This document shows, in pieces, positions 48,571-59,791 of a stretch of 64,000 bases of DNA. How positions within the stretch are numbered: position 1 is the stretch's first letter; the number at the start of each line of letters is the position of its first letter. Under the pieces are notes generated by a model, which did no database searches, was not told the origin of the DNA, and saw only the letters and a list, made by a program, of their open reading frames with translations. The position numbers and the translations under genes are program-made. Origin of the DNA: Gracilinanus agilis (Eukaryota); contig NC_058133.1 of NCBI RefSeq assembly GCF_016433145.1, positions 226,703,631 through 226,767,630 of the forward strand. The letters run 5' to 3'.

Positions 48571-49119
48571 GGAAAAAAACTGGAGGCAGGAGGAGAGAGA
48601 TGGATTTCCTCAACTATCCTTACCTAAAACCTGTGCCCTTTCCAGGGTTATAAGACTGATAAAAGCAGGGTTACCATTTGGGGGGGGGGTATTCAATACT
48701 ATCTGAAGACTATTAAATGCACACTGCATGCTCACACAGCCTTACTTTAAGTGTCTTGTGAAATACAAAATGTTTGAAAGGACTTCCCCTCAAGGTGCTT
48801 ACAATTTTTGTTAGATTAGCTATAATTTCTATAGCTTCCCTGGGGAAAGGAATACTTCCAGTTAGGTCATGTTATGACTTTGGAAACATCCTCTAGCAGC
48901 CTAGCATTACTGGCACCTGTCTAAGCTGCATAGTAAAGGTTATCTGAACTCTGAAGAAGAGACAGTGAGAGTGGAAAACAAACTCTGTACAAGAAGCAAG
49001 CTGAACTAGATTTTTTCTAAGGTGCCTTTTTCCCATTTCTAACATCCTATGATTCTATAATGTCACAGGGTTGAAAATGACTATAATACAAAGAAAGGTG
49101 ATAATGAACCATTTGACAA

Positions 49120-49300
49120 GCTAGCATGCAGGTGCTTATCTGTAATCCCTGGCATTAGGGAGGCTGTGGCTGGCAGATCTATCTGAGCTGCAGTTATGTC
49201 CACATGAAGTACTGCATGAAAAGAAGGAGGTCTGAGCTCCTATGCTCACCAGAATGGGTTTAGGTCCATGAACTTTAAGTCCAGGCAAAATTGGGAAACA
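49120..49300 (+). mobile_element. 7SL RNA-derived retroposon (P7SL_MD-like SINE or 7SL retropseudogene)
   Basis: Collinear matches to 7SL: CTGTAATCCC, GGGAGGCTGTGGCTGG..GATC, TGTCCACATGAAGTACTGCAT, GGTC..CTCCTATGCTCACCAG, ..CCATGAA; central S-domain segment missing. Confidence 0.75.
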
Positions 49301-49529
49301 TTTTAAGGGGGGAAAAAACACTTCACATTTCTGTTCATTGCAATACCATCCCAATCATTCATTATACCAATCATTCATTATCAGACATGGCCGATATGTT
49401 GATTTCACTTTGTAATAATCTGTTACACAGGAGGGTTTTAATGGTTCAGGTGCCATTAACAAGTTATGATATGAACAAGAACATCAATAAAATAAAAAGA
49501 AATATAGGGAAAAAAGCTTCAGTGGCTGA

Positions 49530-49715
49530 CGTGGTTTCAGAAGATCACATATTTGGAAATGGAAGAGGCTTTAGAGGCCCCATCTAGTCCAACTCCCACA
49601 TTTTACAAATGAGGAAAACCAAGGCACAGAGATTTGTATCCAGTGTCATCATCTGATGAGGAAGAATTTGAGCCCAGGCCTTCCTGACTCCCAAGTCTTA
49701 TCCACTATGCCACAT
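49530..49715 (-). mobile_element. MIR/CORE SINE
   Basis: ATCTAGTCCAACTCCCACATTTTACAAATGAGGAAAACCAAGGCACAGAG core. Confidence 0.7.
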
Positions 49716-49735
49716 TACCTTTCCTTTTTAAAAAC

Positions 49736-49932
49736 TTTTTTTTAAAATTCTTATCTTCTGTCTTAGAATCAATATTGTCTATTGGTTCCAAGGCAGAAGA
49801 GTGGTAAGGGCTAGGCACTGGGATTAAGTGACTTGCCCAGGGTCACACAGCTATTAAGTGTCTGAGGCCATATTTGAACCCAGGACCTACCATCTCTGGG
49901 CCTGGCTCTCAATCCACTGAGCCACCCAGCCC
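49736..49932 (-). mobile_element. Opossum-type SINE
   Basis: Full reverse-complement body from T tail to CCACTGAGCCACCCAGC head. Confidence 0.88.
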
Positions 49933-50530
49933 TGTCTTTCTTTTTTTTTATAAAAATATTTTTATTTTCCCAGCTACATGAAACAATATTCTATGCACAC
50001 TCTCTGAAACCATAAGACCCAACTACTACAGAACCCTTCAAAAAGCCCTGGCTTAGAGAGGTTAAGGCTTGAACATGAGACTCCACACATTCAGGGCATG
50101 CCTTCTACAATAAGCTACTTCTCCTAATTTTTCTTATTCTATTTATTGCAGAGGTCATGGAGCCATTTGGGGGCAGAAAATCTATCTCCATTTAAGTCCA
50201 ATTTCTCTCTCCAAACTTCTCATTCACTCTCCATTCTCTTCACTCTCTGAAAAAAAATTTTTTCCACTCTGCCAACAAAAACTTCTCTGAAGACTGAGAA
50301 TTTCCTACTATTCCCTTGGACTATTATATATATTGGAAATTATGCTATTTGAGAATGCTGTGCATATAGAAATAGCTACTCTCTCATCCCCAGCAAGTCC
50401 TATGCACTCTCTTGTGCCCCTCCTAGTGTTTGTGTCTTCTTATCTGTTTAATTTATATTAGAAAGCCCTAAAGCAGCAGTAAGTCTCCTCTTGTTTTACA
50501 GGAGGAACTCACTGGTGTTTCACAGAAATG

Positions 50531-50536
50531 TTTATT
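50531..50536 (-). terminator. Probable ANAPC11 poly(A) signal AATAAA
   Basis: + strand TTTATT about 470 nt past the ANAPC11 stop. Confidence 0.55.
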
Positions 50537-51004
50537 CATGAGTATTTTCATATCAAGATACATCAGAGGCTCTTATAAACCTATCAAATGAAGAACTGAG
50601 GATCCTAGGGGCCTTTAGCAAAGCTCAGACAGTTTAATGAATTTTAGTTCTCAAGATAAAAAGTTTCAACATTGACAATGGGAAAAAAACAAAATCAAGT
50701 CCAGTCCTCTTTCCAGCCCTCTTAAAATCAAAGAAGCCTAATCCTGTGAACCACTCCAGCTTCTATCTGATGAAGAGGGAGGGATTAAACACATCAGAGG
50801 AAGAAAGGTGTCTATGTGCCCACCTTGTTCCCCATGTCCTTCCTATTACGTGAGTGGTCTCAAAGTTCCTGTCAAAAGGATCAAGGCCTACAGGAGTATA
50901 AAAATGATCCCTTATTGTGGTTTGGGAAGGGGATCTATAGGTCCAAGGTCACAGAGTTCTTCACCACATGACAGGTAGAAGGCAGATATCACAGCAGGTA
51001 TCAG

Positions 51005-51150
51005 TCACTCCTTGAACTTCCATTCCTGTCGACACATAGGACAATGCTGCTGTACTTGTTGAGAATTAAGCCACTTGAGAATGCAGTGCATGTGGAAACA
51101 GTGTGAACATTGTCCCCACACAAGGGGGCAGTCATCCCCAGGTACCTTAC
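51005..51150 (-). CDS. ANAPC11: APC/C subunit 11 (RING-H2), last coding exon; N-terminal exon not found in window
   Basis: Acceptor TTTTTTAATGGCAG|; (C)KVPGDDCPLVWGQCSHCFHMHCILKWLNSQQVQQHCPMCRQEWKFKE*; too short for the ORF track; position and strand match expected synteny. Confidence 0.96.
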
Positions 51151-51366
51151 CTGCCATTAAAAAAAAAATTTTTTTTGATTTAGGTAGAAAGAAACAAGTT
51201 TAAAATCTAAAAGTTATTACAGACTACATTTCATCCTTTATTCGTAATTCAAATAATTATTCAGTACCTACTATGTGCAAGGATATAAACTGACTCCTCA
51301 GGAACCCAGTTGCCAAAACTTAAACTCTCATTATAAACTGGGTCTTTTTTGGAGGAAGAACTTCAA

Positions 51367-51570
51367 TCAGTGGATTGAAAACCAGGACTAGAGACAGGAG
51401 GTCCTAGGTTCAAATATGGCCTCAGACACTTACCGAGCTGTGTGACCCTGGGCAAGTCACTTAACCCCCATTACCTAGCCCTTATCATTCTTCTGCTTTG
51501 GAACCAATACACAGTATTGATTCTAAGATGGAAGGTAAGGGTTTTAAAATAAAATAAAATAAAATAAAAT
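51367..51570 (+). mobile_element. Opossum-type SINE with (TAAAA)n tail
   Basis: B-box, CORE, GTAAGGGTTTTAAAATAAAATAAAA. Confidence 0.88.
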
Positions 51571-52329
51571 AGGGTATTAGGAACCAGAAATCTTGCCTCT
51601 GACTAGAGTTCCTATATTCTCCAACCTAGAAATTAGGGAAAATCAGTTAGCTTAACCCCATCTTCTTAGTTACATTCTAGAGAATAAGTACAAATAAAAA
51701 TAATTCTATAAAAACAAACAAAAAATATTATTGCAGTGGAGCTACAAGGAATCACCTGGAGAATTTCCTTGGCTCCCATTTTTCTGGATACACAAAACTG
51801 ACATTTTCTGCCTCCAACTCTAGTCTGTTTGAGTTAGAAAAAAAGGGTGGAGCTCTCCAACTATCTTGCTAGTATTCTCACCTAGCACTAAGTAGGGTGT
51901 GAATTCACTAAGTGGTTTGAAAGTTTCTCCACCTAGTTCAAAAGCTTGTGTTGATTCACAAAGGAGAATTAATCCTGTCTTCACATTCTAGTGAGGTACT
52001 TAAGTTAGTGTTAACTCAGGATAGACAATAGAGTAAAGAATTCTCTTTCACACGTCAAAGTATTAATTAAGTTAATAACAATGAGTTGAAGGAATAGAAG
52101 CCATTTTCCTGGAGAACAAAGACAGGGGAAGGAGGAAGTGCTCCCCTTGGGCTGATAGACAGAGGGGCAGGTCATGGGAGAAATGTTCTTAGGCACCCAT
52201 GGAGAGGGGGAAGGGAACAGCTTCCTCCAGTACGTGTGCCATAGTCACCCACATGGCTCTAGTGGCTCCCTATTGTCTCATGGATCCAATTTAAATTCTG
52301 TAAGACATATAAAGTCCTTCACTGCCTTG

Positions 52330-52890
52330 CCCCAAACTACCTTTCTGATCTTATTATATATGCATTACTCTATGAACTATACAATCCAGCCAAACTAGCT
52401 TTCTTACTGTTCCTTAGATATAATATTCCATCTCTCATCTTCATGCCCTTCTCAGAATATCCACGTGTGAAATATAATTCGTACTTATCTCTACAAGACT
52501 CTGCTCAAGTGTCAACATTTTCACAGTACCTTTCCTGATCCCTCAGTATCTGTCATCTGTCCCAAAATTACTTTGTGTACATTTTTTTTAAACTCTTACT
52601 TTATGTATTAGAATCAACACTTGGTATTGATTCCAAGACAGAAGATCAGTAAGGGCTAGACAATTGGGGACTTGCCCAGGGTCACACAGCTAGGAAGTGT
52701 CTGAGGCCACATTTGAACCCAAGGCCTCCCTCTCTAGACCTGGTTCTCTATCCACTGAGCTACCTAGTTGCCCTTACATATTTTTTATATGCTTATTTAT
52801 GTACCTGTTGTCTTTCCTTTATAAAATTTAAAAAGATACTGTTTCATTTTTGTCTTTGTATCCCTGGTGCTTAACACAGTGCCTGGACAA
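52330..52890 (+). mobile_element. L2 3' end with nested minus-strand SINE (52582-52773)
   Basis: L2 terminus CCCTGGTGCTTAACACAGTGCCTGGAC; SINE reverse complement in the middle. Confidence 0.75.
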
Positions 52891-53214
52891 TTTTGTTGAT
52901 TTGATTTTTCTTTATTATAAGGAGAAACCTCATCGGGGATAGAGAATGGCTATATGTGAAAATGATTGTAATGTAAAAATAAAAAGCATCAATAAAACTT
53001 TTTTAAAAAGTGAAAGATACCACTACAGTAGATTCCCTGTACATTGAAGGTGTTCAGACAGAAACCGGTTGACCACTTATTGGGAACACTGAAGAATGGA
53101 TTTATAGGAGTTGGAGATCCCTTCCAACTAAATTTCTGTGAAATCCCAAAAAACACTTCTGGTCTCAGATCTGGTTTCTTGATTCCTGGTTGTTAGTCTA
53201 CCTTGCTTCAAGGA

Positions 53215-53850
53215 ATGGACCTTTCTCCTCCAAACTCGTTCTTCTTTTTACTTCCCTATTACTGTCAAGAGTACCACCAAATCCCCAGACCCCCAGGCTT
53301 GAAACTTAGATGTCCTCCTTGACTCCTCACTGTCTCTGCCCTCATATCCAACCTGTTGCCAAGATCTGTCAATTTCACCTTTACATTTCTCATATATACC
53401 CCCCTGACATTGCCGCTACTCTAGTTCAGGCCTTCATTTCCTCACACTTTGCATATAGCCTTGTGGTAAGTCTGACTGTCTCAAGTTTCTCCTCTCTCTA
53501 ATCCATCCTTCATTCAGTCACTAGTTATTTTCTTAAAGCACATCAATTTGATTATATCATTCCCATACTCAATAATAAAACTCCAGTGGCTCCCTATTAC
53601 CTCCAAAATCAAACACAAAACCTTTTCTTTGGCATTCAAAGTTCTTCATAACCTAGCACATACTTCCACCCTTCCTTGTGATTCCTCAAACAAGATATTT
53701 CATTTCTTGGCTCCAGGAATTTTCTCTAGCTATTCCCTATGCCTACAATGTTCTCCTTCCTCAGAGCTATCTCATGGTCTTCCTTCAAGTCCCAAATAAA
53801 ATCCCACCTTCTATTGGAAGCCTTTCCTAATTCCCCTACAAGGTTATTCC
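53215..53850 (+). mobile_element. L2 fragment
   Basis: CCTTGACTCCTCACTGTCTC, CTAGTTCAGGCCTTCATTTCCTCAC, CTCCAGTGGCTCCCTATTACCTCC signatures. Confidence 0.8.
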
Positions 53851-53954
53851 CCCAAAAAGGAAAAAAGAAGTTTGTATGTACAAAATACTTATACAGTTTT
53901 TTGCTTTGGCAAAGACATGAAAACTAAGCAGGTGCCCATTAACTGGGCAAAGGT

Positions 53955-54470
53955 TAACAATCAGTCCGTTAATAAACATTTATTTGACACCTACTATGTG
54001 CCAGGCATTGGGGTTAAGCATTATGGACAGAAGTAAAGGCAAAAGATACTTCCAGTCAAACAATCTAATTCAGAGGACGACAAGCAAATACATAATGTAC
54101 AAACAAGCTATAGTACAGGAGAAATAATTTTAAAAAGGAAAGGCATGAGGAGGATTAAGAGGGGTTGGGAAAGGCTTCCTATAGAAGATGAAATTTTAGC
54201 TGGGACTTGAAGGAAGGCAGAAAAGCCAGTTGACAAGAGTAGGAGGAAGAGCACTCCAGGCTTGATGAATATTGAGAAAAAATGTCAGGAGCCAAGAGAT
54301 GAAATGTCTTGCCTAAGAAACAGCAAAGATGCTGTCACTGGATCAAAGAGTACATGGTGGAAGGAGTATAAAGAGACTGGAAAAGTGGGAATGTGTGCTA
54401 GGTTATGAAGGGATCTGAATGCTGAACAGATTTTGGAACTTTATTTTGGACGTGAAAAGGAACCCCAAGA
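53955..54470 (-). mobile_element. L2 3' fragment
   Basis: AATAAACATTTATTTGACACCTACTATGTGCCAGGC terminus and purine-rich body. Confidence 0.75.
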
Positions 54471-54847
54471 ATTTTTCAAGCCCCACCCTGTACCCCCAGA
54501 TTACATGTTGGCACAATTTTCAACAATCATTTTCTGACATTTTTAAAATCCATGTTCTTTCCCTCCCTTGTACTCTTCCCCGTTCCCCAAGACAGCAGCC
54601 ATGCTATAGATCATACATGTATTATTATACAATACATATTTCTATATTCATCATGTTGTGAAAGAAGGCACATGCTTACAATAGAAAAAAATTCATGGAG
54701 AAAATAAAGTGAGACTTTGTCAGCTTCTTCTATAGCCTTTGCTATCCTGGATCATGGCATTGCTTAAAATAGTTGTCATTCACAGTTGATCACTATATTT
54801 TAAATGCTGTTTCTGCGTACCATGTAGATTCTCCTAGATCTGTTCAC

Positions 54848-55506
54848 TGTGAGTAAAAATCCCCTACCCCCTTATATGAAGATTAGATTTTAATGTTAGC
54901 TGTAATATTGAATTAATCATAATTGTAACTCTAAGATAGTTAAATATTAGTATAAGTGATGGTTTTAGTAGGCCTTTTGTGATTATTGTAGTATAACTAT
55001 TAAGGCTGATTATTTAATCATTGTTAGCATAGGCCTTAGTGTCAAGTCTTGACACTTCAAAATTTGCTATATCATGCACCATCAGCAATAATTATGGTCT
55101 TGAAATTGTGATCTAGTATACACCACTAGGCCTTACTTACCCTGGCTTCAAAGCCTGGTACCAGCCAACTACACACACTCTTATTTTTTGTGTCACTAGT
55201 CCAGGCTCCCCCTCTCGTCCCTTGTCTATCAAGTAAGTAACTTTCAAGTCATCAAGTGACTACTTCTATCAATGAGAAGTATGTCCTGCTCTATTTTTGA
55301 CATGGTCTTGGATTATTTTTAACTTGGTATATAAATTGTGATATTCCTTGAGATATATAGGAAGGTCTCTCACAGTGGTCAGGGTCTTTTGGTCTTGAGC
55401 AGAAATCTGACTTTATTGGGAGACTGACCCTCTCTAAATAAATCTATTTCTTTTTGGAAACTTAGTTTCTCTTACTTGCATTCCTGTGCTTAGAAATGAC
55501 ATATCA
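54848..55506 (+). mobile_element. Solo LTR (659 bp, TG...CA, 4-bp TSD TCAC; ERV1-like)
   Basis: TCAC at 54844-54847 and 55507-55510; TATATAAA 55328-55335; AATAAA 55437-55442; interrupts an antisense L1 3' segment. Confidence 0.7.
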
Positions 55507-56168
55507 TCACTCTGCACCGCTTTATAAAAATGTCTTTCCAACTTTTTTTGATGCAATCACCTTCTTTGTCATTTCTTATGGTGCAGTAGTATTTCATTAC
55601 AATGAGTCTATGATCTAATAATTATTATGACTGTTTTTTAAAACTTTGGCACGGTATATTCTGTTCCAGCCCTTTACTTTTACTGTGTCTCCTTGCTTTC
55701 AATGTGTTTCTTGTAAGCAGTCTCAAAAGGATTCTGGCTTTTAATCCACTCTATCCTCTACCCTTTTATGGGTGGGTTTGCCCCATTCACATTCCCAGTT
55801 ATGATTATTAACTTTTCCCTCCATCTTATTTTCCTCGTTTATCCTTCTCTTCCTCTCCTTTCAGCCTTTCCCTATTCACAAATATTTTTGTTTCTGACTA
55901 CTGCATGTGCCCCCCCCACACACACACTTACCTTAGTCCCATTTCCTTTCTTATTTTCCTATAGGGTAAGATGAGTTTCTATAGTTAACTGTGCAGATTT
56001 TATTCCCACTTTGTGTTTGAGAATAAGATTCAAGCACCCCCCCATCCTGCCACCATTTTTCTCTCCCCTGTATTGATTCTTACCTACCTATTCATGTGAG
56101 ATAATTTACCCTCAATTTTCTTTTCCTTTCTAACCCTGTGTATTCCTCTTTCTTTTCCATTGATTTTT

Positions 56169-56271
56169 TTTTAACCCTTAACTTCTGTGTATTGGCTCAT
56201 AGGTGAAAGAGTGGTAAGGGTGGGCAATGGGGGTCAAGTGACTTGCCCAGGGTCACACAGCTGGGAAGTGT
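56169..56271 (-). mobile_element. 5'-truncated young SINE
   Basis: TSD TTTTCCATTGATTTTT / TTTTCCACTGGTTTTT (14/16). Confidence 0.85.
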
Positions 56272-56382
56272 TTTTCCACTGGTTTTTAAAAAATATCCCA
56301 TCATATTCAACTTACTCTCTGCTCTCTATGTATGCCCCTAATTACCGCCCTAATGATGATAGTTTTTAAGTAGCTCCCATGC

Positions 56383-56454
56383 CTTAAGTATTCTAAGTAA
56401 TTTAAGTATCTTAGGTACTTCAAGTATCTAAGATATCTTAAGTATCTTAGTTAT
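56383..56454. repeat. Degenerate 9-bp minisatellite (CTTAAGTAT)x8
   Basis: cttaagtat|tctaagtaa|tttaagtat|cttaggtac|ttcaagtat|ctaagatat|cttaagtat|cttagttat. Confidence 0.75.
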
Positions 56455-56568
56455 CCCTTTCTGTAATGATTCAATCAGTTAAACTCCATTGTTTCCCTTG
56501 ATTATCTTAAGTATATTTTAAATATTCTAGTTAACACTTTCCCAGGTAGAAATGTGATCAGTTTAATC

Positions 56569-56752
56569 CAGTGATGGGCAAACTATTCCCTGAGGGCCAG
56601 ATCCAGGCCATAGTTTGCCCATCACTGCCTTAAGCAATTCCCTAATCACTACATCTGGATGTGGGGGTGTAGAGATAAGGGAATTGATTAAGGCAGTGAT
56701 GGGCAAACTACTGCCTGGATCTGGCTCTCGGGGAATAGTTTGCCCATCACTG
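56569..56752. mobile_element. Palindromic composite hAT MITE (184 bp) with perfect 8-bp TSD
   Basis: TSD GTTTAATC at 56561-56568 and 56753-56760; four copies of the 17-bp TIR CAGTGATGGGCAAACTA; two 59-bp mini-elements in inverted orientation. Confidence 0.9.
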
Positions 56753-57899
56753 GTTTAATCCCATAGAATTCTTTGAGTGTTTTTCTTTTTACAGTTTTAT
56801 GCTTCTCTTCAGTATTGTATTTGATCATTGAATTTTGTTTTCAGCTCTGGTCATTTTGTAAGGAATGCCTATAAGTTCTCGATTTCATTAAATATATTTT
56901 TCTTCCCATGGGGGATTATCCTCAGTTTTGCTAGATAATTGATTCACGGTTGTAGTCCTAGACCCTTTGCCTTATTAATATCATATTCCAGTTTTTCAGT
57001 CCATTAATGGAGAAGCTGCTAGATCCTGTGTAATCCTGACTGTGACTCCATAATACTTTAATTTTTTTTCTGGCTGCTTGCAGTAATTTTTCCTTGTCCT
57101 GGGAATTCTGTAATTTGGCTATAATAGTCCTGGGATCTCTTTCAGGCAGTGATCCATGGATTCTTTCAATTTCTATTTTCTCCTTGTGTTCTAGAACATC
57201 AGGGCAGTTCTCCCTGATAATTTCTTATCCATGGTACTCAGGCTCTTTTTTTTTTTTTATCATAGAAAATAAATTCAGTAGAGATAACCTAGGAATCATT
57301 GGATTGACAAAAATCTATGATAAAAATAAGAATTTGTTTTTTGATCCTCTTTTGGAGTTCTTCTAGGAGTTCATGTTTGGCTTGCTAGCCTTCACATTTA
57401 CCTTTAAGAATTCATACATTTCCATTTCGCATTACTGTCCTCTTCCAAACTTGCATTTTGGTTTTCCCTTTTGCTAAAATAGCTTTCCAGGGTCAGGCTT
57501 CTTCTTTGTCTTTTTCTCATTTGGGGGAAGCCTTTTTGTGATCCTGCCTATATGTTGAGGTTCACCTCCACTTCTGGGGTGGAGGGAGTTTCCTGAATTC
57601 CTTTGGGTGTCACATGTTCCTTGGGGTGTGCTTGGACCAGGCCATTCCTCAAGCTCTTCAGCACCAGGATGATCCTCATGCTGCTGATTCCACTATTCTC
57701 ACCTCTTACCCCAAAGAGATTGGTCCTTAAAGATGCCCTTCTGTTTTCTTCATCTGAAACCCTGCTTCACTCTGTGTTCTATTGGTTCTGTCACTCCAAA
57801 ATTTGTTCTGAGGCATTTTTTTTTCTTTTGTGGTCATTGGAGGTGAGCTTGGGCAAACTTGGTACATTGGTACTCTGCCATTTTGGCTACCTAAAGTGG

Positions 57900-58480
57900 A
57901 AGTTCAGAACCACTAGATTTTATTAAGTAAGGAATGATATGATCAGGCCTATGCTTTAGGGAAACCACTTTTATAGTCAAATGGAGGATGGGCTGGAGTA
58001 GGAAGAGACTTGTGGCAGGCAGGTGTGAAGAAATTAAAGTCTTCAGAAGGAAATTACTAGAGGAGAAAAAGGTGAAATTACTAGAGGAGAGAAAGGTCAA
58101 AAAATGTTGAAAAGGTGAAACTGATAGAGGCCTTAGCAAAAGATAAGATATGGTGAGATGTGGACTGGAGTTAGAGATAGTGAAGAACTGAGGATGATCA
58201 TCAAGCTGAATGCCTGGGAGGTTAGTGGTACATTATTCCACAGGAATACAGAAATTTGAAAGAGAGAAGTAGGAAACATAGTAGGTTCACTTTTGGACAT
58301 GCTAAGCTTGAGAATCTAGTGGACTTTGATTTTGAAATGTCTTATAAGCAGCTGGATAATATAAGACTGGAGGTCAGCAGAGCCTTTAGGATAAAACGGT
58401 AATTCAATCCATGGGAATTGATAACATCATTTAGTGAAGCAATTAGAGACAGAAGAAAAGAGGACTTAGGGCAGAACCTT
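57900..58480 (-). mobile_element. L2 fragment with internal 24-bp tandem duplication (58050-58097)
   Basis: TGATCAGGCCTATGCTTTAGGG..GGAGGATGGGCTGGAG signature; GAAATTACTAGAGGAGA(A/G)AAAGGT x2. Confidence 0.65.
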
Positions 58481-58739
58481 GTGGGAACAAATTATGACAA
58501 AAACTTAATCAAATATTATATGGTTAGAAATGGGGTAGTTTCCGAGAAACCTGGGAAAACTTGTATGAACTGATAAAGAGTAAACAGAACCAGGACAACA
58601 ATATTATAAAATAATAAAAAAGGGAATTTTGAAAAATTTAAGAACTATGATGATACAATTGCCAAGCTTGATTCCAGAAGATTAGTGTTAATAAAGGCTA
58701 CCTACCTCTTAATAGACAAGATTCAAAATAAGGCATGCA

Positions 58740-58872
58740 TTTTATTTTTTTGAGGCAAATAGGGTTAAGTGACTTGCCCAGGGTCACTAAGCTAGTAAGT
58801 GGCATACGTTGGATTTGGACTCAGGTTTTCCTCACTCCAAGCCCAGTGCTCTATCTACTGTGCCACCTGGCT
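58740..58872 (-). mobile_element. Short MAR1/WSINE-like SINE
   Basis: GGTTAAGTGACTTGCCCAGGGTCAC...CTACTGTGCCACCTGGCTGCC. Confidence 0.75.
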
Positions 58873-59138
58873 GCCAAGACATATATTTTAGGCATGGTCT
58901 GTATAGGAATTTGTTTCAAGTATGCGTATTTATTAGAAGAGCTCCCTCCATGTCATATCCCACCCTAATCTAGGGTGGGAAGGAAGTTAGAACAAGGTAG
59001 CAAAAGGAACTTCACAAAAACAACATAAAATGGGCATTTTCATATACAATATAGTAAAATAGAAAGAGGCTAATTCACATACAAAACTAAAAATATCTCT
59101 AACAAACAATTTGCTTTTCTTTTAAAATATAATAAACT

Positions 59139-59337
59139 GGGGGCAGCTGGGTAGCTCAGTGGATTGAGAGTCAGGCCTAGAGATAGGAGGTCCTAGGTTC
59201 AAATCCGGCCTCAGACACTTCCCAGCTGTGTGACCCTGGGCAAGTCACTTTGACCCCCATTGCTCTTCCACCAAGGAGCCAATACACAGAAGTTAAGGGT
59301 TTTAAAAATAACCACAACAACAACAATAATAATAATA
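59139..59337 (+). mobile_element. Young SINE with (AAC)n(AAT)n tail and TSD
   Basis: TSD ATAATAAACT at 59129-59138 and 59338-59347; small internal deletion after CCCCCATTGC. Confidence 0.9.
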
Positions 59338-59791
59338 ATAATAAACTCAGTATACACAGCTACAACAATGTACATGGGAAAGACAACTAGAAAACAAATG
59401 AAAATTAATTTTGTGAAATTGTAAAGAAAATGCTTAGCCCCAAAGACATATGAGAAGGTACTTCCTCTACAATGGAAATGGTCCATAGGTATGAAACATG
59501 CCTATAAAAGCAATTTTTTTCAGCGCTAATTTGATGGATGAGGTAGAATCTTGGAGTCACCTTCTTTTGCATTTCCTTTCGTCAATGTGAAAATTAATAA
59601 AAATGAGAACATGTACCCTAGGAGTAGAAACACCCCCTTAGTCCTGCTTCCAGTCCGGCCCTCAAAGCCTTCATTCAGAGACACAGCTCCCACAGAGAAA
59701 GGGCCATTTCCACTAACTACCAATTAATTGATTCTCACAGGGCCAGCCTAACTGAAGTAGCAAGGCACCCAAAGGGAGAGGTGGGAAGCAG

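Larger units (their letters stand above)
55507..57420 (-). mobile_element. Degraded L1 segments including an ORF1 remnant
   Basis: Reverse translation near 57130-57225 gives EIIRENCPDVLEHKEKIEIERIHGSLPERD (ORF1p-like); interrupted by SINE and MITE. Confidence 0.65.
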
